From Escherichia phage vB_EcoM_ESCO47, in the sequence record OM386662.1: DNA of 64,000 nt. One strand, written 5' to 3'. A program made the position numbers and the translations under genes. The notes under the pieces were generated by a model. It saw nothing but the letters and a program-made list of their open reading frames with translations. It was not told the DNA's origin and did not search any database. The first letter of the stretch is position 1. Every line of letters starts with the position of its first letter. Positions 54,839-64,000 of the stretch are shown one piece after another.

Positions 54839-55939
54839 ATGAAAGTTATGTTTATCCCATCTCGTGCAGTCCCATTTAATCCTGACCGTGTACAAGGTGG
54901 TCTTGAAGCGGTACATTTAAATGTGTTGAAATATTTAGTTTCTATCGGTGCCGATATTGATTATATCGGTTTTGATAACGACACATTTGGTGATTGGAAA
55001 GTTACACACCATCCTGTTGGCCATCTTACTAAATTCAGTCTAGGTATGAGTTATACTATGGCTCGTAAGATTGTTGAACTGGCCGGCATCCATGAATACG
55101 ATTTTGTTGTTACTATGGAACCGACTAAACTAACCGTTCAGGCAATTAAAGACGCAGGTCTCTCTAAAGTTCATAAGAATTTTATGGCAACACCATTTGA
55201 ACCTGTATCTCGTGGCATTGTTCAAATTTGGGACCAGACTATTCAAATTCATAAGAACGGTGGTAAGAGTTATGCTCCTACTAAAGCCTTCCGTGAATTT
55301 GAACGCAAATATTGTCATATGACTTCAGGTCTGACAGACAAAATTGATTATGATTATTGGCGAGCAAATCCGTTGTTTGAAGCCGAAGATTATCCGGTTA
55401 TTTGTTTGAATGAGAAACCTGAAGTTCTTCCAGCAACTGATCTGATTATTAGTGCACAACGTTATGACACTAAAATGCGTCGTACTGATGTTGCTCTTGA
55501 AGCGATTAAAGCGCTCGGCGAAAATGGTGCAGGATACTGTCCTAGTAAATGGGCACCACCGGCTAAGTATCCAGTAACTATTGATGCTCCACATAGTGAA
55601 ATCATGGAACGCCTTAAAACAGCTAAAGCACTTATCAATACGTGTCCTGACACCGGCACGGTAGAGAATAGTTCTATTGAAGCTATTTCTAAAGGTGTAC
55701 CTGTGATTCAGCTAGTCTTTAAAGATTATCCACATGCTACGTTTGAATATGACCCTGACACGGTACGTGTAGAGATTGATGCTTCCACCCCTAAGAAAGA
55801 AGTAGTTATGCTTTACACAAAAGCTGTATTAGAATTCACTGACACATACGAATCACGAGTCAAACGTGCAGAATATGTATGGCAAAAGTATAATCGGGAT
55901 GCAGTTGTAGCGATGTGGGATAAAATCTTCACAGCGTAA
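54839..55939 (+). CDS. GT-B (GT4-like) glycosyltransferase, candidate DNA hmC glycosyl/arabinosyl-transferase
   Basis: N-terminal MKVMFIPSR...GGLEAVHLNVLKYL and C-terminal ENSSIEAISKGVPVI resemble GT4 motifs; lies between 39 and rIIA. Confidence 0.55.
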   Translation: MKVMFIPSRAVPFNPDRVQGGLEAVHLNVLKYLVSIGADIDYIGFDNDTFGDWKVTHHPVGHLTKFSLGMSYTMARKIVELAGIHEYDFVVTMEPTKLTVQAIKDAGLSKVHKNFMATPFEPVSRGIVQIWDQTIQIHKNGGKSYAPTKAFREFERKYCHMTSGLTDKIDYDYWRANPLFEAEDYPVICLNEKPEVLPATDLIISAQRYDTKMRRTDVALEAIKALGENGAGYCPSKWAPPAKYPVTIDAPHSEIMERLKTAKALINTCPDTGTVENSSIEAISKGVPVIQLVFKDYPHATFEYDPDTVRVEIDASTPKKEVVMLYTKAVLEFTDTYESRVKRAEYVWQKYNRDAVVAMWDKIFTA

Positions 55940-56031
55940 ATCCTGAATAGCCTGAGGCACTATTACACATAAGATGATAAATTATATGGTCTTTGGTAAT
56001 AGTGTCATAGGAATCTACTGAAGAGAATATT

Positions 56032-56232
56032 ATGAGAACATATAACGTGGACTTGGAACTTTTTGATAAAGCGGTGCTCCGGGAATTCCGGCTTATCCAA
56101 AGATTTTTTGATATCGAGTCAGCAGAGTCCTTTAAAGAACGCTTTAAAGAAATTCGATATAAAATACAAACCGATACAGCTACTAAAGAAGAACTTCTTG
56201 AAGTAGCAGAAATTTTTAAACGTAACTTGTGA
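56032..56232 (+). CDS. Hypothetical protein (rIIA.1 position)
   Basis: 66-aa ORF. Confidence 0.4.
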   Translation: MRTYNVDLELFDKAVLREFRLIQRFFDIESAESFKERFKEIRYKIQTDTATKEELLEVAEIFKRNL

Positions 56233-56244
56233 CGAGAGAAAAAT

Positions 56245-58458
56245 ATGATTATTGAAACGGCTAAAGAAACGATTATTGGTTCAGGCGGTAAGAGCACAGC
56301 ATTCACTATTCAAGCAAACAGTAAAGTGTATAAGATTCTTTCTAACGATCTTTACACAAACAAAGAACGAGCTTGTGTACGTGAATTAATCACAAACTGT
56401 ATTGATGGGCAAATTCTTAATGGCTGCACTGATAAGTTTATTGTTCAGGCACCAGGTCGTTTAGACCCACGTTTTGTAGTTCGAGACTTTGGTCCTGGTA
56501 TGAGTGATTTCACCATTCGAGGTAATGACGAAGAGCCAGGAATTTATAACTCATATTTTGCTTCAACTAAAACATCGAGTAACGATTTCATTGGTGGATT
56601 CGGACTCGGTTCTAAAGCTCCATTAGCATATACTGATACGTTTAACATTACTTCTTATCATAATGGTGAAGTTCGTGGTTATGTAATTTATCAAGATGAC
56701 AGTGGTCCACAGATTAAGCCAACCTTCGTAGATAAGATGGGTCCTGATGACCGGACCGGTGTTGAAGTAGTTGTGCCTGTTAACCCAGAAGATTTTGAAA
56801 AGTTCGCATCCGAAATTGCTTATGTTATGCGTCCTCTCGGCGATATTGCAGAAGTTCGTGGTGTTAAAGATATCAAATACTTCCCTGATTTCGACGACGT
56901 TTATCTGGCCAAGGATGCTCCATGGGGTGAACGTGGTAACATCATGGCTGTTTATGGTGGTATTGTATATCCTATCAGTGACGCTATTAAAGAACAAACA
57001 TGGATGATGACGCGATGCACTACAGCTTATATTAAATTCCCCATGGGTGAACTAGATGTAGCCCCGTCTCGTGAAGCATTGTCATTTGATAAACGTACAG
57101 TAGCAAATATCCATAAACGTGTTGCAGAAATTGATGCAAAATTATTTGCTGAAGATTCTAAGAAATGGATTGATTGTGAATATCCACGTCATGTATTCCG
57201 TGAAATCGATTCTCTTGGTTACTCTGCTCGTAAATACATGGAAAAAGCTGGTTCTAATATTGAATCACTGAAATATTCTAAAGAACAGCTAACTTATTCT
57301 GAGTTGTACAAACGTTTTAAAATGGGTCCTGAATGGTGCAACCTTGGTGTTGTATACGATATCGTTTCAGACCCACGTCTTCGTCGTATTCGTGAAAGCG
57401 GAAGCTCGTCTGCAACTATTTCAATTAATAGCCTGCTAGGTATTAGCCGTAAGCATATTGATATTGTTATTGACGATGTGAAAGGCCGCGTACCAATGAT
57501 GCGTGCTCTGAACGATGCTTTGACTTCCACTGATGCATCAACACTCGTTGATAAGGTTCCTTCCGGATGGGGTAGTAGCGTATTATTCATTAACCCGGAA
57601 GATGAAGTTGCAATGAAACTTCTAGAACGATTAAAGGTTATTTTCGCTGGGGATAGCCTTAAATTTTATAAGACATCTGAAATTCTTGCATTAGTTAAAC
57701 CGTGGATTGAAGTTAAAGAACGTTCATCGCAGCCTCGTCCTAAATCCCCAAGTGCTCATCGGTTCTTTAAGAATGAAAACGATGTTTGGGTATCAGAAGA
57801 TCTCTTTATTCCAGCGAGTGAAGCTGATGAAATCCAAGGTTATGCTATAGTTCGTAATCGTTCTAATGCTGAATGTCTTGACGCAGATAAAGGTTGGTTG
57901 AACTATGACTCCAATTTCTTGACCCGTATTGCTGATTTGTCAGGTATTAAAGAGTTCACTGTAGTCCGTCCACAGATTGCTAAGAAAGTTCGTAAACTTG
58001 GTGAAGTAGAATGCTTGTTCGAAAAATCAATTAATGACTATATTACGCTAATTGATAAAGTGGATTATGATGAGTATGTATCACCAAGTCGTAGAGCACA
58101 GCCTTATTTGAATCATATTACTCGTAATGAAGAGCTTAACTTCCTTAGTAAGTATTTTAGCTCTAAGAACAAAGAAATCAGTAAAGATTTTGCAAAACTT
58201 TCAACAGTAAATAATCGTTGGGGATGGAATCGATTCTCAGGTGTTACTAACAGAGAACTGAATAAGAAGTTGGAATTGTGTGCTAAAATTTTCGATAAGC
58301 TTAAAGATAATGCTTACGATAATGATGATAAAATGGTTATTGAATTCGAAACCAATTATCATATTGTGTCAGACTACATGGGACGACGTGGTACTCTTTC
58401 CAAAGAACAGGTCGCTCAAATCGTTAAATTCATGAAGGCCGTGGAAGCGGCCAAATAA
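56245..58458 (+). CDS. rIIA: rIIA protein
   Basis: 737 aa; N-terminal VRELITNCIDG...DFGPGMSD...GGFGLGSK GHKL-type ATPase fold. Confidence 0.9.
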   Translation: MIIETAKETIIGSGGKSTAFTIQANSKVYKILSNDLYTNKERACVRELITNCIDGQILNGCTDKFIVQAPGRLDPRFVVRDFGPGMSDFTIRGNDEEPGIYNSYFASTKTSSNDFIGGFGLGSKAPLAYTDTFNITSYHNGEVRGYVIYQDDSGPQIKPTFVDKMGPDDRTGVEVVVPVNPEDFEKFASEIAYVMRPLGDIAEVRGVKDIKYFPDFDDVYLAKDAPWGERGNIMAVYGGIVYPISDAIKEQTWMMTRCTTAYIKFPMGELDVAPSREALSFDKRTVANIHKRVAEIDAKLFAEDSKKWIDCEYPRHVFREIDSLGYSARKYMEKAGSNIESLKYSKEQLTYSELYKRFKMGPEWCNLGVVYDIVSDPRLRRIRESGSSSATISINSLLGISRKHIDIVIDDVKGRVPMMRALNDALTSTDASTLVDKVPSGWGSSVLFINPEDEVAMKLLERLKVIFAGDSLKFYKTSEILALVKPWIEVKERSSQPRPKSPSAHRFFKNENDVWVSEDLFIPASEADEIQGYAIVRNRSNAECLDADKGWLNYDSNFLTRIADLSGIKEFTVVRPQIAKKVRKLGEVECLFEKSINDYITLIDKVDYDEYVSPSRRAQPYLNHITRNEELNFLSKYFSSKNKEISKDFAKLSTVNNRWGWNRFSGVTNRELNKKLELCAKIFDKLKDNAYDNDDKMVIEFETNYHIVSDYMGRRGTLSKEQVAQIVKFMKAVEAAK

Positions 58459-58467
58459 GGAAACATT

Positions 58468-59403
58468 ATGTACAATATCAAATGCTTGTCCCAAGAAGAA
58501 CAGTTAGAAGCTTACGGCCTGGTTGAATCAGGCAAATGGACCCGTAAAGAAATTGCCGATTACTTTGACATTTCAACAGATACTCTTCGTAAGATTGTTA
58601 AGAATTTTAAAGCTGAAGAGAAAGCCTCTGAATTTGAAGACGAAGAACAGGTCCCAGAAAATAATGAACCTATTATTACAGGTCATCGTCCAGAAATCGT
58701 ATGGAACGCGTCGTCTAAATTTATTTCAATTATTGAAGGACGCGATTCATATAATGCGACACCAACAAGCCATGCGAATTTTGAAGAAATTAAAGCTAAT
58801 TTGGTCGCAGGAAACTTTGCTAAAGCTATCGAACTTATTAACCTCAAGAAAGCTATTACTAAGTATGTTGATGGTAATATTATTATTGAAGGTGGTCGCC
58901 TATTTTATCAAGGAATAGAAATTCGTTCAGGACTTGTCGATCGTATTATCGACTCTATGGAAAAAGGCGAAGACTTTAAATTTTATCTGCCATTCCTTGA
59001 AAACTTGTTAGAAAACCCAAGTGAAAAAGCAGTTCAACGCTTATTCGACTTCTTGGTTGCAAACGATATTGAAATCACTGAAGACGGTCATTTCTACGCA
59101 TGGAAAGTAGTTCGTAAAGACTATTTAGATTGCTATAGTGGCACATTTGATAACTCGCCTGGTAAAGTTGTTTCAATGCCTCGTACTCGTGTTAACGATG
59201 ATGATACTCAAACTTGTTCCAGTGGTCTACATGTTTGTGCTAAATCATATATTCGTTACTTTGGTTCTAGCTCAGATAAAGTTGTTAAGGTTAAAGTTCA
59301 TCCACGTGATGTTGTATCCATCCCAGTTGACTACGGTGATGCTAAGATGCGTACTTGTCGTTATGAAGTAATTTCAGACGTTACTGAATTATTTGCAGAA
59401 TAA
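58468..59403 (+). CDS. rIIB: rIIB protein
   Basis: 311 aa; MYNIKCL start and FLENLLENPS...DFLVANDIEITEDG region match my recollection of T4 rIIB. Confidence 0.9.
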   Translation: MYNIKCLSQEEQLEAYGLVESGKWTRKEIADYFDISTDTLRKIVKNFKAEEKASEFEDEEQVPENNEPIITGHRPEIVWNASSKFISIIEGRDSYNATPTSHANFEEIKANLVAGNFAKAIELINLKKAITKYVDGNIIIEGGRLFYQGIEIRSGLVDRIIDSMEKGEDFKFYLPFLENLLENPSEKAVQRLFDFLVANDIEITEDGHFYAWKVVRKDYLDCYSGTFDNSPGKVVSMPRTRVNDDDTQTCSSGLHVCAKSYIRYFGSSSDKVVKVKVHPRDVVSIPVDYGDAKMRTCRYEVISDVTELFAE

Positions 59404-59408
59404 TAATT

Positions 59409-59430
59409 GGGGACTTCGGTCCCCTTTTTT
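59409..59430 (+). terminator. Rho-independent terminator with TTCG tetraloop
   Basis: GGGGAC-TTCG-GTCCCC then TTTTTT. Confidence 0.65.
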
Positions 59431-59444
59431 CTTTAGGGGTAATT

Positions 59445-59732
59445 ATGATTCATCCATTTGACGTATCAGAATCCAAAATTGCTAATCTTCGCGGTCATCA
59501 TAAGTGTAAATCAGTTTATTGTGCTAAATTGGTAAAACATCCTGGCGATGCACACTACGGCTGGTTAGAATGTGACGAAGTTGTTATTGAAATCCCTCCT
59601 GTGGATGCAGAATACCTTGAAGAAGGTGATCGCATTTATTTAGGTGAACTACATATTAGAGGTATCTATGGTAAAGACGAACTTGGGACTACTGAGACTG
59701 AAGAGTCTTCCGACATTTATCCTGTCGAATGA
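59445..59732 (+). CDS. Hypothetical protein
   Basis: 95-aa ORF. Confidence 0.4.
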   Translation: MIHPFDVSESKIANLRGHHKCKSVYCAKLVKHPGDAHYGWLECDEVVIEIPPVDAEYLEEGDRIYLGELHIRGIYGKDELGTTETEESSDIYPVE

Positions 59733-59748
59733 GTTTCTGACTAGCGAA

Positions 59749-60225
59749 ATGAAGGTAAAGATCGCGGATACAGCCAAGTATTCTCTTAGTCAAGACCCTG
59801 ATCAAATCAAAGAAGACGTAGTTCGTCGTTGTAAGGTTGCAGTCTTTGCCGAGTATGTAGTCGCTAATTGGTTAGATGGATATGTTAATAAAGGCATTGA
59901 AGATGTTGAAGACCCTTACACGTATGCATGGGATGTTCTAGCTCATCCTAAATACTGTGGATTGCGTGTAGAAGTCAAGACTCATCAGATGGACTCACGT
60001 TGGATTTCAGTCACTACAGGATATAGTGGCGATTATCCGGGTGGTAATGGAATCAATATAGGGCCCTTCTTGAATCATCGAGTCGCAGATTGCATTATTA
60101 TATTAAATGCCAAAGAAACCTCACCTGACGTCTTCTCTTATTCTATAAAGTTCGCGGGAGACCATGAAGACCTAAAGAAAATCGTCCGCAAGAGCAACTA
60201 CAACGGGTGGTATCTTCATCTTTAA
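59749..60225 (+). CDS. Hypothetical protein in the T4 denB position
   Basis: ATG 59749 follows upstream stop; ORF-track 59644 start overlaps previous gene; positional only. Confidence 0.35.
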   Translation: MKVKIADTAKYSLSQDPDQIKEDVVRRCKVAVFAEYVVANWLDGYVNKGIEDVEDPYTYAWDVLAHPKYCGLRVEVKTHQMDSRWISVTTGYSGDYPGGNGINIGPFLNHRVADCIIILNAKETSPDVFSYSIKFAGDHEDLKKIVRKSNYNGWYLHL

Positions 60226-60237
60226 TTTCATAAAAGT

Positions 60238-60268
60238 GTTTACAGCTAAGTAGGACTATGATATAGTA
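60238..60268 (+). promoter_or_regulatory. T4-type early promoter
   Basis: GTTTAC ... TATAGTAGTCCTATC box, GGAGG RBS. Confidence 0.5.
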
Positions 60269-60293
60269 GTCCTATCTAAAGGAGGATAACATC

Positions 60294-60557
60294 ATGAAAT
60301 TTAAATTTTTCTACGCAAAACATAAAGTGACCGGTGAGTTTGTTTCAATGTACAACACCGCAGATGACGAAGGGATGATTTATACCCATTTGGGTCTATC
60401 TCATTGGGATTCAGACGTGCCTTATATGTCATCTGAAGCCGAAATAACTCGTCTGGTTAATGGACATATGAACGACCATTTTGGTGTTATTCTTTCTAAA
60501 GACCTTAAAGAGGTTATCAACAAAGGATATATGGAACTCGCGGAAGTTGAGATATGA
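60294..60557 (+). CDS. Hypothetical protein
   Basis: 87-aa ORF. Confidence 0.4.
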   Translation: MKFKFFYAKHKVTGEFVSMYNTADDEGMIYTHLGLSHWDSDVPYMSSEAEITRLVNGHMNDHFGVILSKDLKEVINKGYMELAEVEI

Positions 60558-60749
60558 GCTCTAAAATGTGGATAGGAATATGGTTGCTTAGTATCCCAAT
60601 GATTTGTATAATATTTTCAATTGCATTGAGGTACTTATGAAAAATGCACTTCTTATTGTACTAAGAACAATTTGTGATACGGGTTTTTACATTGCATGTT
60701 CGTTCACTGGAACATGGTTGGCTTTAACATATTTTAATGTAATTTAATT

Positions 60750-60780
60750 GTTTACATCAAGGTAGGATTATGGTATAGTA
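60750..60780 (+). promoter_or_regulatory. T4-type early promoter
   Basis: GTTTAC ... TATAGTAGTCCTATCAA box. Confidence 0.5.
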
Positions 60781-60807
60781 GTCCTATCAAAATATGAGGA
60801 ACACAAA

Positions 60808-61008
60808 ATGACTAAGCTTTTTAAAGATGTTGAAATTGGTGAAAAATTTGTCCTGAATAATGGTCAGCAGCTTATTCGTGTAGCTTCTATAGCCGGACAA
60901 ACTCATAACTGCATCGCCCCGACGTATTGGACCCGATTCTTTATTGAGGATGACACCGAATGTTTAACTGTTGAAGAGCTTTTTGAACGTTCTGATATAA
61001 CCGAATAA
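60808..61008 (+). CDS. Hypothetical protein
   Basis: 66-aa ORF. Confidence 0.4.
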   Translation: MTKLFKDVEIGEKFVLNNGQQLIRVASIAGQTHNCIAPTYWTRFFIEDDTECLTVEELFERSDITE

Positions 61009-61084
61009 AATTGTACAAACTCCTGAGAGCAGAGTATAATGCTCTCATGGATTACAAAACATCAACTTACTTGAGGAAATTTAT

Positions 61085-61534
61085 ATGAACAATTACATGA
61101 CTCGTCGCGATATCCTGGCAGCTGGTGGTACTACGGTTGCTTACGTTCAGAATGGTAAATACCAGTCAGGTGAACCATCTAAAGCGGTTGCAGCACAACC
61201 TGGATTCTACTTCTTTGTTAAAGGTTTTAGTAACTCTCGTGTAGTAGCTGCCCGGTTTTATGTAGGTAATCAACGTTCTAAACAGGGACTTGATGGTATT
61301 GTAGCTAATATCCGTAAACAACGTTCTCAAGCTGCTCGCACCATGGCCACCAACAACGTAATTTACGAAGTGTTATACGTCCCAGCATCTAAGATGAAAC
61401 CTCTGACAACCGGCATTGGTAAAAGACAGTTAGTGATGGCTTTCACTCGCAATCACAGTTCAGATCTACAGACACTGGAAGAAATGAACCGAATTCTGGC
61501 CGACAACTTTAAATTCATCTTACAGAGTTACTAA
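61085..61534 (+). CDS. ndd: Ndd-position protein (nucleoid disruption in T4)
   Basis: 149 aa, position between rIIB and 52 as in T4; sequence identity not verifiable from memory. Confidence 0.45.
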   Translation: MNNYMTRRDILAAGGTTVAYVQNGKYQSGEPSKAVAAQPGFYFFVKGFSNSRVVAARFYVGNQRSKQGLDGIVANIRKQRSQAARTMATNNVIYEVLYVPASKMKPLTTGIGKRQLVMAFTRNHSSDLQTLEEMNRILADNFKFILQSY

Positions 61535-61576
61535 TCCGGTAATAAAACGGCGTCTTAGGACGCCACTGGGGAAATT

Positions 61577-61741
61577 ATGCAACCGATTTTAACTTTTATC
61601 TGGTTAGTGACTGTTATTGTGTTGGTAACCCTTTTTGCAGCAGGTGTATGGGTTCCAGGTCCTTTTGTTGTTGGATTTATTTGTGTGTGGTTCATACTAG
61701 ACGCAATCGTTAAATTTTTAGTAACGGTATTTAACCGATGA
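61577..61741 (+). CDS. Small membrane ORF (54 aa) in the T4 ac position
   Basis: Hydrophobic; + strand alternative to the antisense ORF 61555..61749. Confidence 0.3.
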   Translation: MQPILTFIWLVTVIVLVTLFAAGVWVPGPFVVGFICVWFILDAIVKFLVTVFNR

Positions 61742-61882
61742 TTAAACAAATCTTTGGCTACTCGATAGCCCTTGCTGCTTTATTAGTGGCATTATATTAT
61801 GGTGTTATGTTCGGGCTAATCCAAGTCGTGCTTTTCATTTCTGATGTTATTATGGCACTACATTCACTAGTATGGTAAATTT

Positions 61883-63208
61883 ATGCAACTGAATAATCGT
61901 GATTTAAAAAGTATTATTGATAATGAAGCACTAGCGTATGCAATGTATACGGTTGAAAACCGTGCAATCCCAAACATGATTGATGGGTTTAAACCGGTTC
62001 AACGATTTGTTATTCATCGTGCATTGGACTTGGCTCGTGGAAACAAAGAAAAATTCCATAAACTGGCTTCAATCGCTGGTGGTGTAGCTGATCTCGGTTA
62101 TCACCACGGTGAATCTTCAGCACAAGATGCCGGTGCTCTGATGGCTAACACATGGAATAACAACTATCCATTATTAGATGGACAAGGCAACTTTGGTTCA
62201 CGAACGGTTCAAAAGGCTGCAGCATCTCGTTATATTTTTGCTCGTATCAGTAAAAATTTCTATAACGTCTATAAAGATTCTGAGTATGCTCCAGAACATG
62301 AAGATAAAGAACACGTTCCACCAAAATTCTATCTTCCAATTATCCCGACGGTTCTATTGAACGGTGTTTCTGGTATCGCAACCGGGTATGCAACAAGCAT
62401 TCTGCCTCATAGTTTTAAATCTGTTAAGAAGGCTGTATTACAAGCTCTTCAAGGTAAAAATATCACTAAGCCTAAAGTTGAATTCCCAGAGTTTCGCGGC
62501 GAAGTGCATGAAGTTGAAGACCGATATGAAATTCACGGCACATATAAATTCACATCTCGGACTCAAATGCAAATCACCGAGATTCCATATAAATTTGATC
62601 GTGAAACGTATGTGAGTAAAGTTCTCGACCCGTTAGAAGATAAAGGGTTGATTACATGGGAAGATGACTGCGGTGAACATGGTTTCGGATTTAAGGTGAA
62701 GTTCCGTAAAGAGTATTCGCTTCCGGACGATGAAGCTCTTCGTCATGAGAAAATCATGAAAGACTTTAGTCTTATTGAACGTCGTTCCCAGAACATTACT
62801 GTTATCAATGAAAAAGGCAAGTTGGCTGTATATGATAACGTTGTTGATTTGATTAAAGATTTTGTTGAAGTCCGTAAGACTTACGTTCAAAAACGTATTG
62901 ACAACAAAATCGTTGAATCAGAAAAAGCTTTTAAACTAGCTTTTGCCAAGGCGCATTTTATCAAGAAAGTTATTGCCGGTGAAATCGTGATTCAAGGCAA
63001 GACTCGTAAAGCTTTGACCGAAGAGTTATCACAAGTGGAAATGTATAAAGAACATGTAGACAAGTTAGTAGGTCTTAACATCTTCCATATCACATCAGAT
63101 GAAGCACGTAAACTAGCAGAAGAAGCTAAAGCTAAGAAAGAAGAAAATGAGTACTGGAAATCTACAGATGTCGTAGCAGAGTACACTAAAGACCTGGAGT
63201 CTCTATGA
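61883..63208 (+). CDS. 52: Topoisomerase II medium subunit gp52 (GyrA-like)
   Basis: 441 aa; N-terminus MQLNNRDLKSIIDNEALAYAMYTVENRAIPNMIDGFKPVQR matches my recollection of T4 gp52. Confidence 0.85.
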   Translation: MQLNNRDLKSIIDNEALAYAMYTVENRAIPNMIDGFKPVQRFVIHRALDLARGNKEKFHKLASIAGGVADLGYHHGESSAQDAGALMANTWNNNYPLLDGQGNFGSRTVQKAAASRYIFARISKNFYNVYKDSEYAPEHEDKEHVPPKFYLPIIPTVLLNGVSGIATGYATSILPHSFKSVKKAVLQALQGKNITKPKVEFPEFRGEVHEVEDRYEIHGTYKFTSRTQMQITEIPYKFDRETYVSKVLDPLEDKGLITWEDDCGEHGFGFKVKFRKEYSLPDDEALRHEKIMKDFSLIERRSQNITVINEKGKLAVYDNVVDLIKDFVEVRKTYVQKRIDNKIVESEKAFKLAFAKAHFIKKVIAGEIVIQGKTRKALTEELSQVEMYKEHVDKLVGLNIFHITSDEARKLAEEAKAKKEENEYWKSTDVVAEYTKDLESL

Positions 63209-63288
63209 GCTTCACAGGCCTAGCCCTCGGGTTCTTGGTCACAGTCACATTGTTAGTCATCTTACTTCTATGGTTAGACCGTGAATGA

Positions 63289-63309
63289 GGAGCCTTCGGG
63301 CTCCTTTTT
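63289..63309 (+). terminator. Rho-independent terminator with TTCG tetraloop
   Basis: GGAGCC-TTCG-GGCTCC then TTTTT. Confidence 0.6.
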
Positions 63310-63329
63310 GTGCATTTTTACACAAAACA

Positions 63330-63358
63330 GTTTACATGCGCGTCAAGCATGATATTAT
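63330..63358 (+). promoter_or_regulatory. T4-type early promoter
   Basis: GTTTAC, 17-nt spacer, TATTAT, AGACCTATCAA box. Confidence 0.55.
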
Positions 63359-63397
63359 AGACCTATCAAAACAAAACAACCATTTGGAGAAATAAAA

Positions 63398-64000
63398 TGT
63401 CTAAAGTTACTTACATCATCAAAGCTTCTGAAAACGTCCTGAATGAAAAAACCGCTGCGATAATGGTTTATATCATTAAGAACAACTTCTGCACCGCTGC
63501 TGATGTCCGTGAAGCCCTGGAAGCAGAATACAATGCATCAATTGTTAACTCTAACATTGGTGTACTGATTAAGAAAGGTTTAATCGAAAAATCAGGTGAT
63601 GGACTTGTAGCAACTGGTGAAGCAATGGATATAGTCCAGAAAGCAGCTGATCTGTTTGCTCAAGAAAATGCACCGGAACTTCTGCGGAAACGTAACACTC
63701 GTAAAGCTCGCGGAGTTACTCCTGAGATGCAAGTTCTTGCAGATTTTGTTTTCGAAAATATTAAAGACAAAGTTGAAGTTAAAGAAATTGGTGAAAACCG
63801 TAGTAACTTAGAAGTTCGATTCGCAAAACGAGTTTTAGGTATTCGTCAAATTGAAATTCGTCGAGATGGATGTCTTCGTATCTTTGCATACAACATGACA
63901 GAAACCGAGTCAAAACTGTTTACTTCTCTTGAAAACGGTGTTAAGATAAAAGTCGGTGGTAAATATACCTACATTGATTTCCCTAATGTAACAAAAGAAA
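63398..64000 (+). CDS. motA: Middle-transcription activator MotA (3'-truncated at window end)
   Basis: MSKVTYIIKASENVLNEKTA...NSNIGVLIKKGLIEKSGDGL matches my recollection of the T4 MotA N-terminal domain. Confidence 0.6.

Noticed and set aside
61555-61749. Minus-strand 64-aa ORF after ndd
   Set aside because: The plus strand here encodes two small hydrophobic ORFs in the operon direction (61577..61741 and about 61738..61878), which is more plausible than an isolated antisense ORF
2955-63372. Recurring 17-20 nt motif (TATAGTAGTCCTATCAA / TATAGACCTATCAA) considered as a CRISPR array or transposon ends
   Set aside because: Copies are irregularly spaced, separated by whole genes, always the same orientation and always just upstream of a start codon with -35/-10 elements; this fits promoters and leaders, not CRISPR repeats or inverted repeats
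1-64000. tRNA, rRNA or group I intron content
   Set aside because: No cloverleaf-like or rRNA-like segment was recognised by eye, and nrdD and gene 39 are uninterrupted; in T4 the tRNA cluster lies outside this interval. This is a negative call without a tRNA scan and should be confirmed with tRNAscan or Infernal

Overview
This window reads as a contiguous early/middle-gene block of a T4-like (Tevenvirinae) phage, almost entirely on the + strand and colinear with T4 from the vs/tk region to rIIA-rIIB-52-motA. Recognisable genes include tk, rI, nrdC, 49, nrdD, nrdG, 55, 47, 46, rpbA, 45, 44, 62, regA, 43, 42, uvsX, 41, 61, 56, soc, a Mod-type ADP-ribosyltransferase, dda, dexA, a fused 605-aa gene 39, rIIA, rIIB and 52. 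The 903-aa DNA polymerase is, from memory, nearly identical to phage RB69 gp43, so this is RB69 or a very close relative; I cannot confirm that without a search. The main finding is a candidate DNA-hypermodification system sitting where T4 carries its glucosyltransferases. Between genes 43 and 42 there is a four-gene cassette: a KdsD/GutQ-like arabinose-5-phosphate isomerase, a fused sugar-1-phosphate nucleotidyltransferase plus kinase-like domain, a small HAD-like phosphatase, and a U32-family (putative Fe-S) protein. An unknown 299-aa protein and a thymidylate-kinase-like kinase occupy the beta-gt slot, a GT4-like glycosyltransferase sits between gene 39 and rIIA, and alpha-gt and dam appear absent. 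Together with gene 42 this fits synthesis and transfer of an NDP-pentose (probably arabinose) onto hydroxymethylcytosine; the individual enzymatic steps are inference. Other points of note are an antisense HNH homing-endonuclease with three zinc-finger repeats, a pair of antisense paralogous membrane ORFs in the dam position, a macro-domain protein, a repeated early-promoter family, MotA-box promoters at fixed spacing, and UUCG-tetraloop terminators. No tRNA, rRNA, CRISPR array or intron was seen. All assignments rest on reading the translations and motifs by eye; coordinates of promoters and terminators are approximate.
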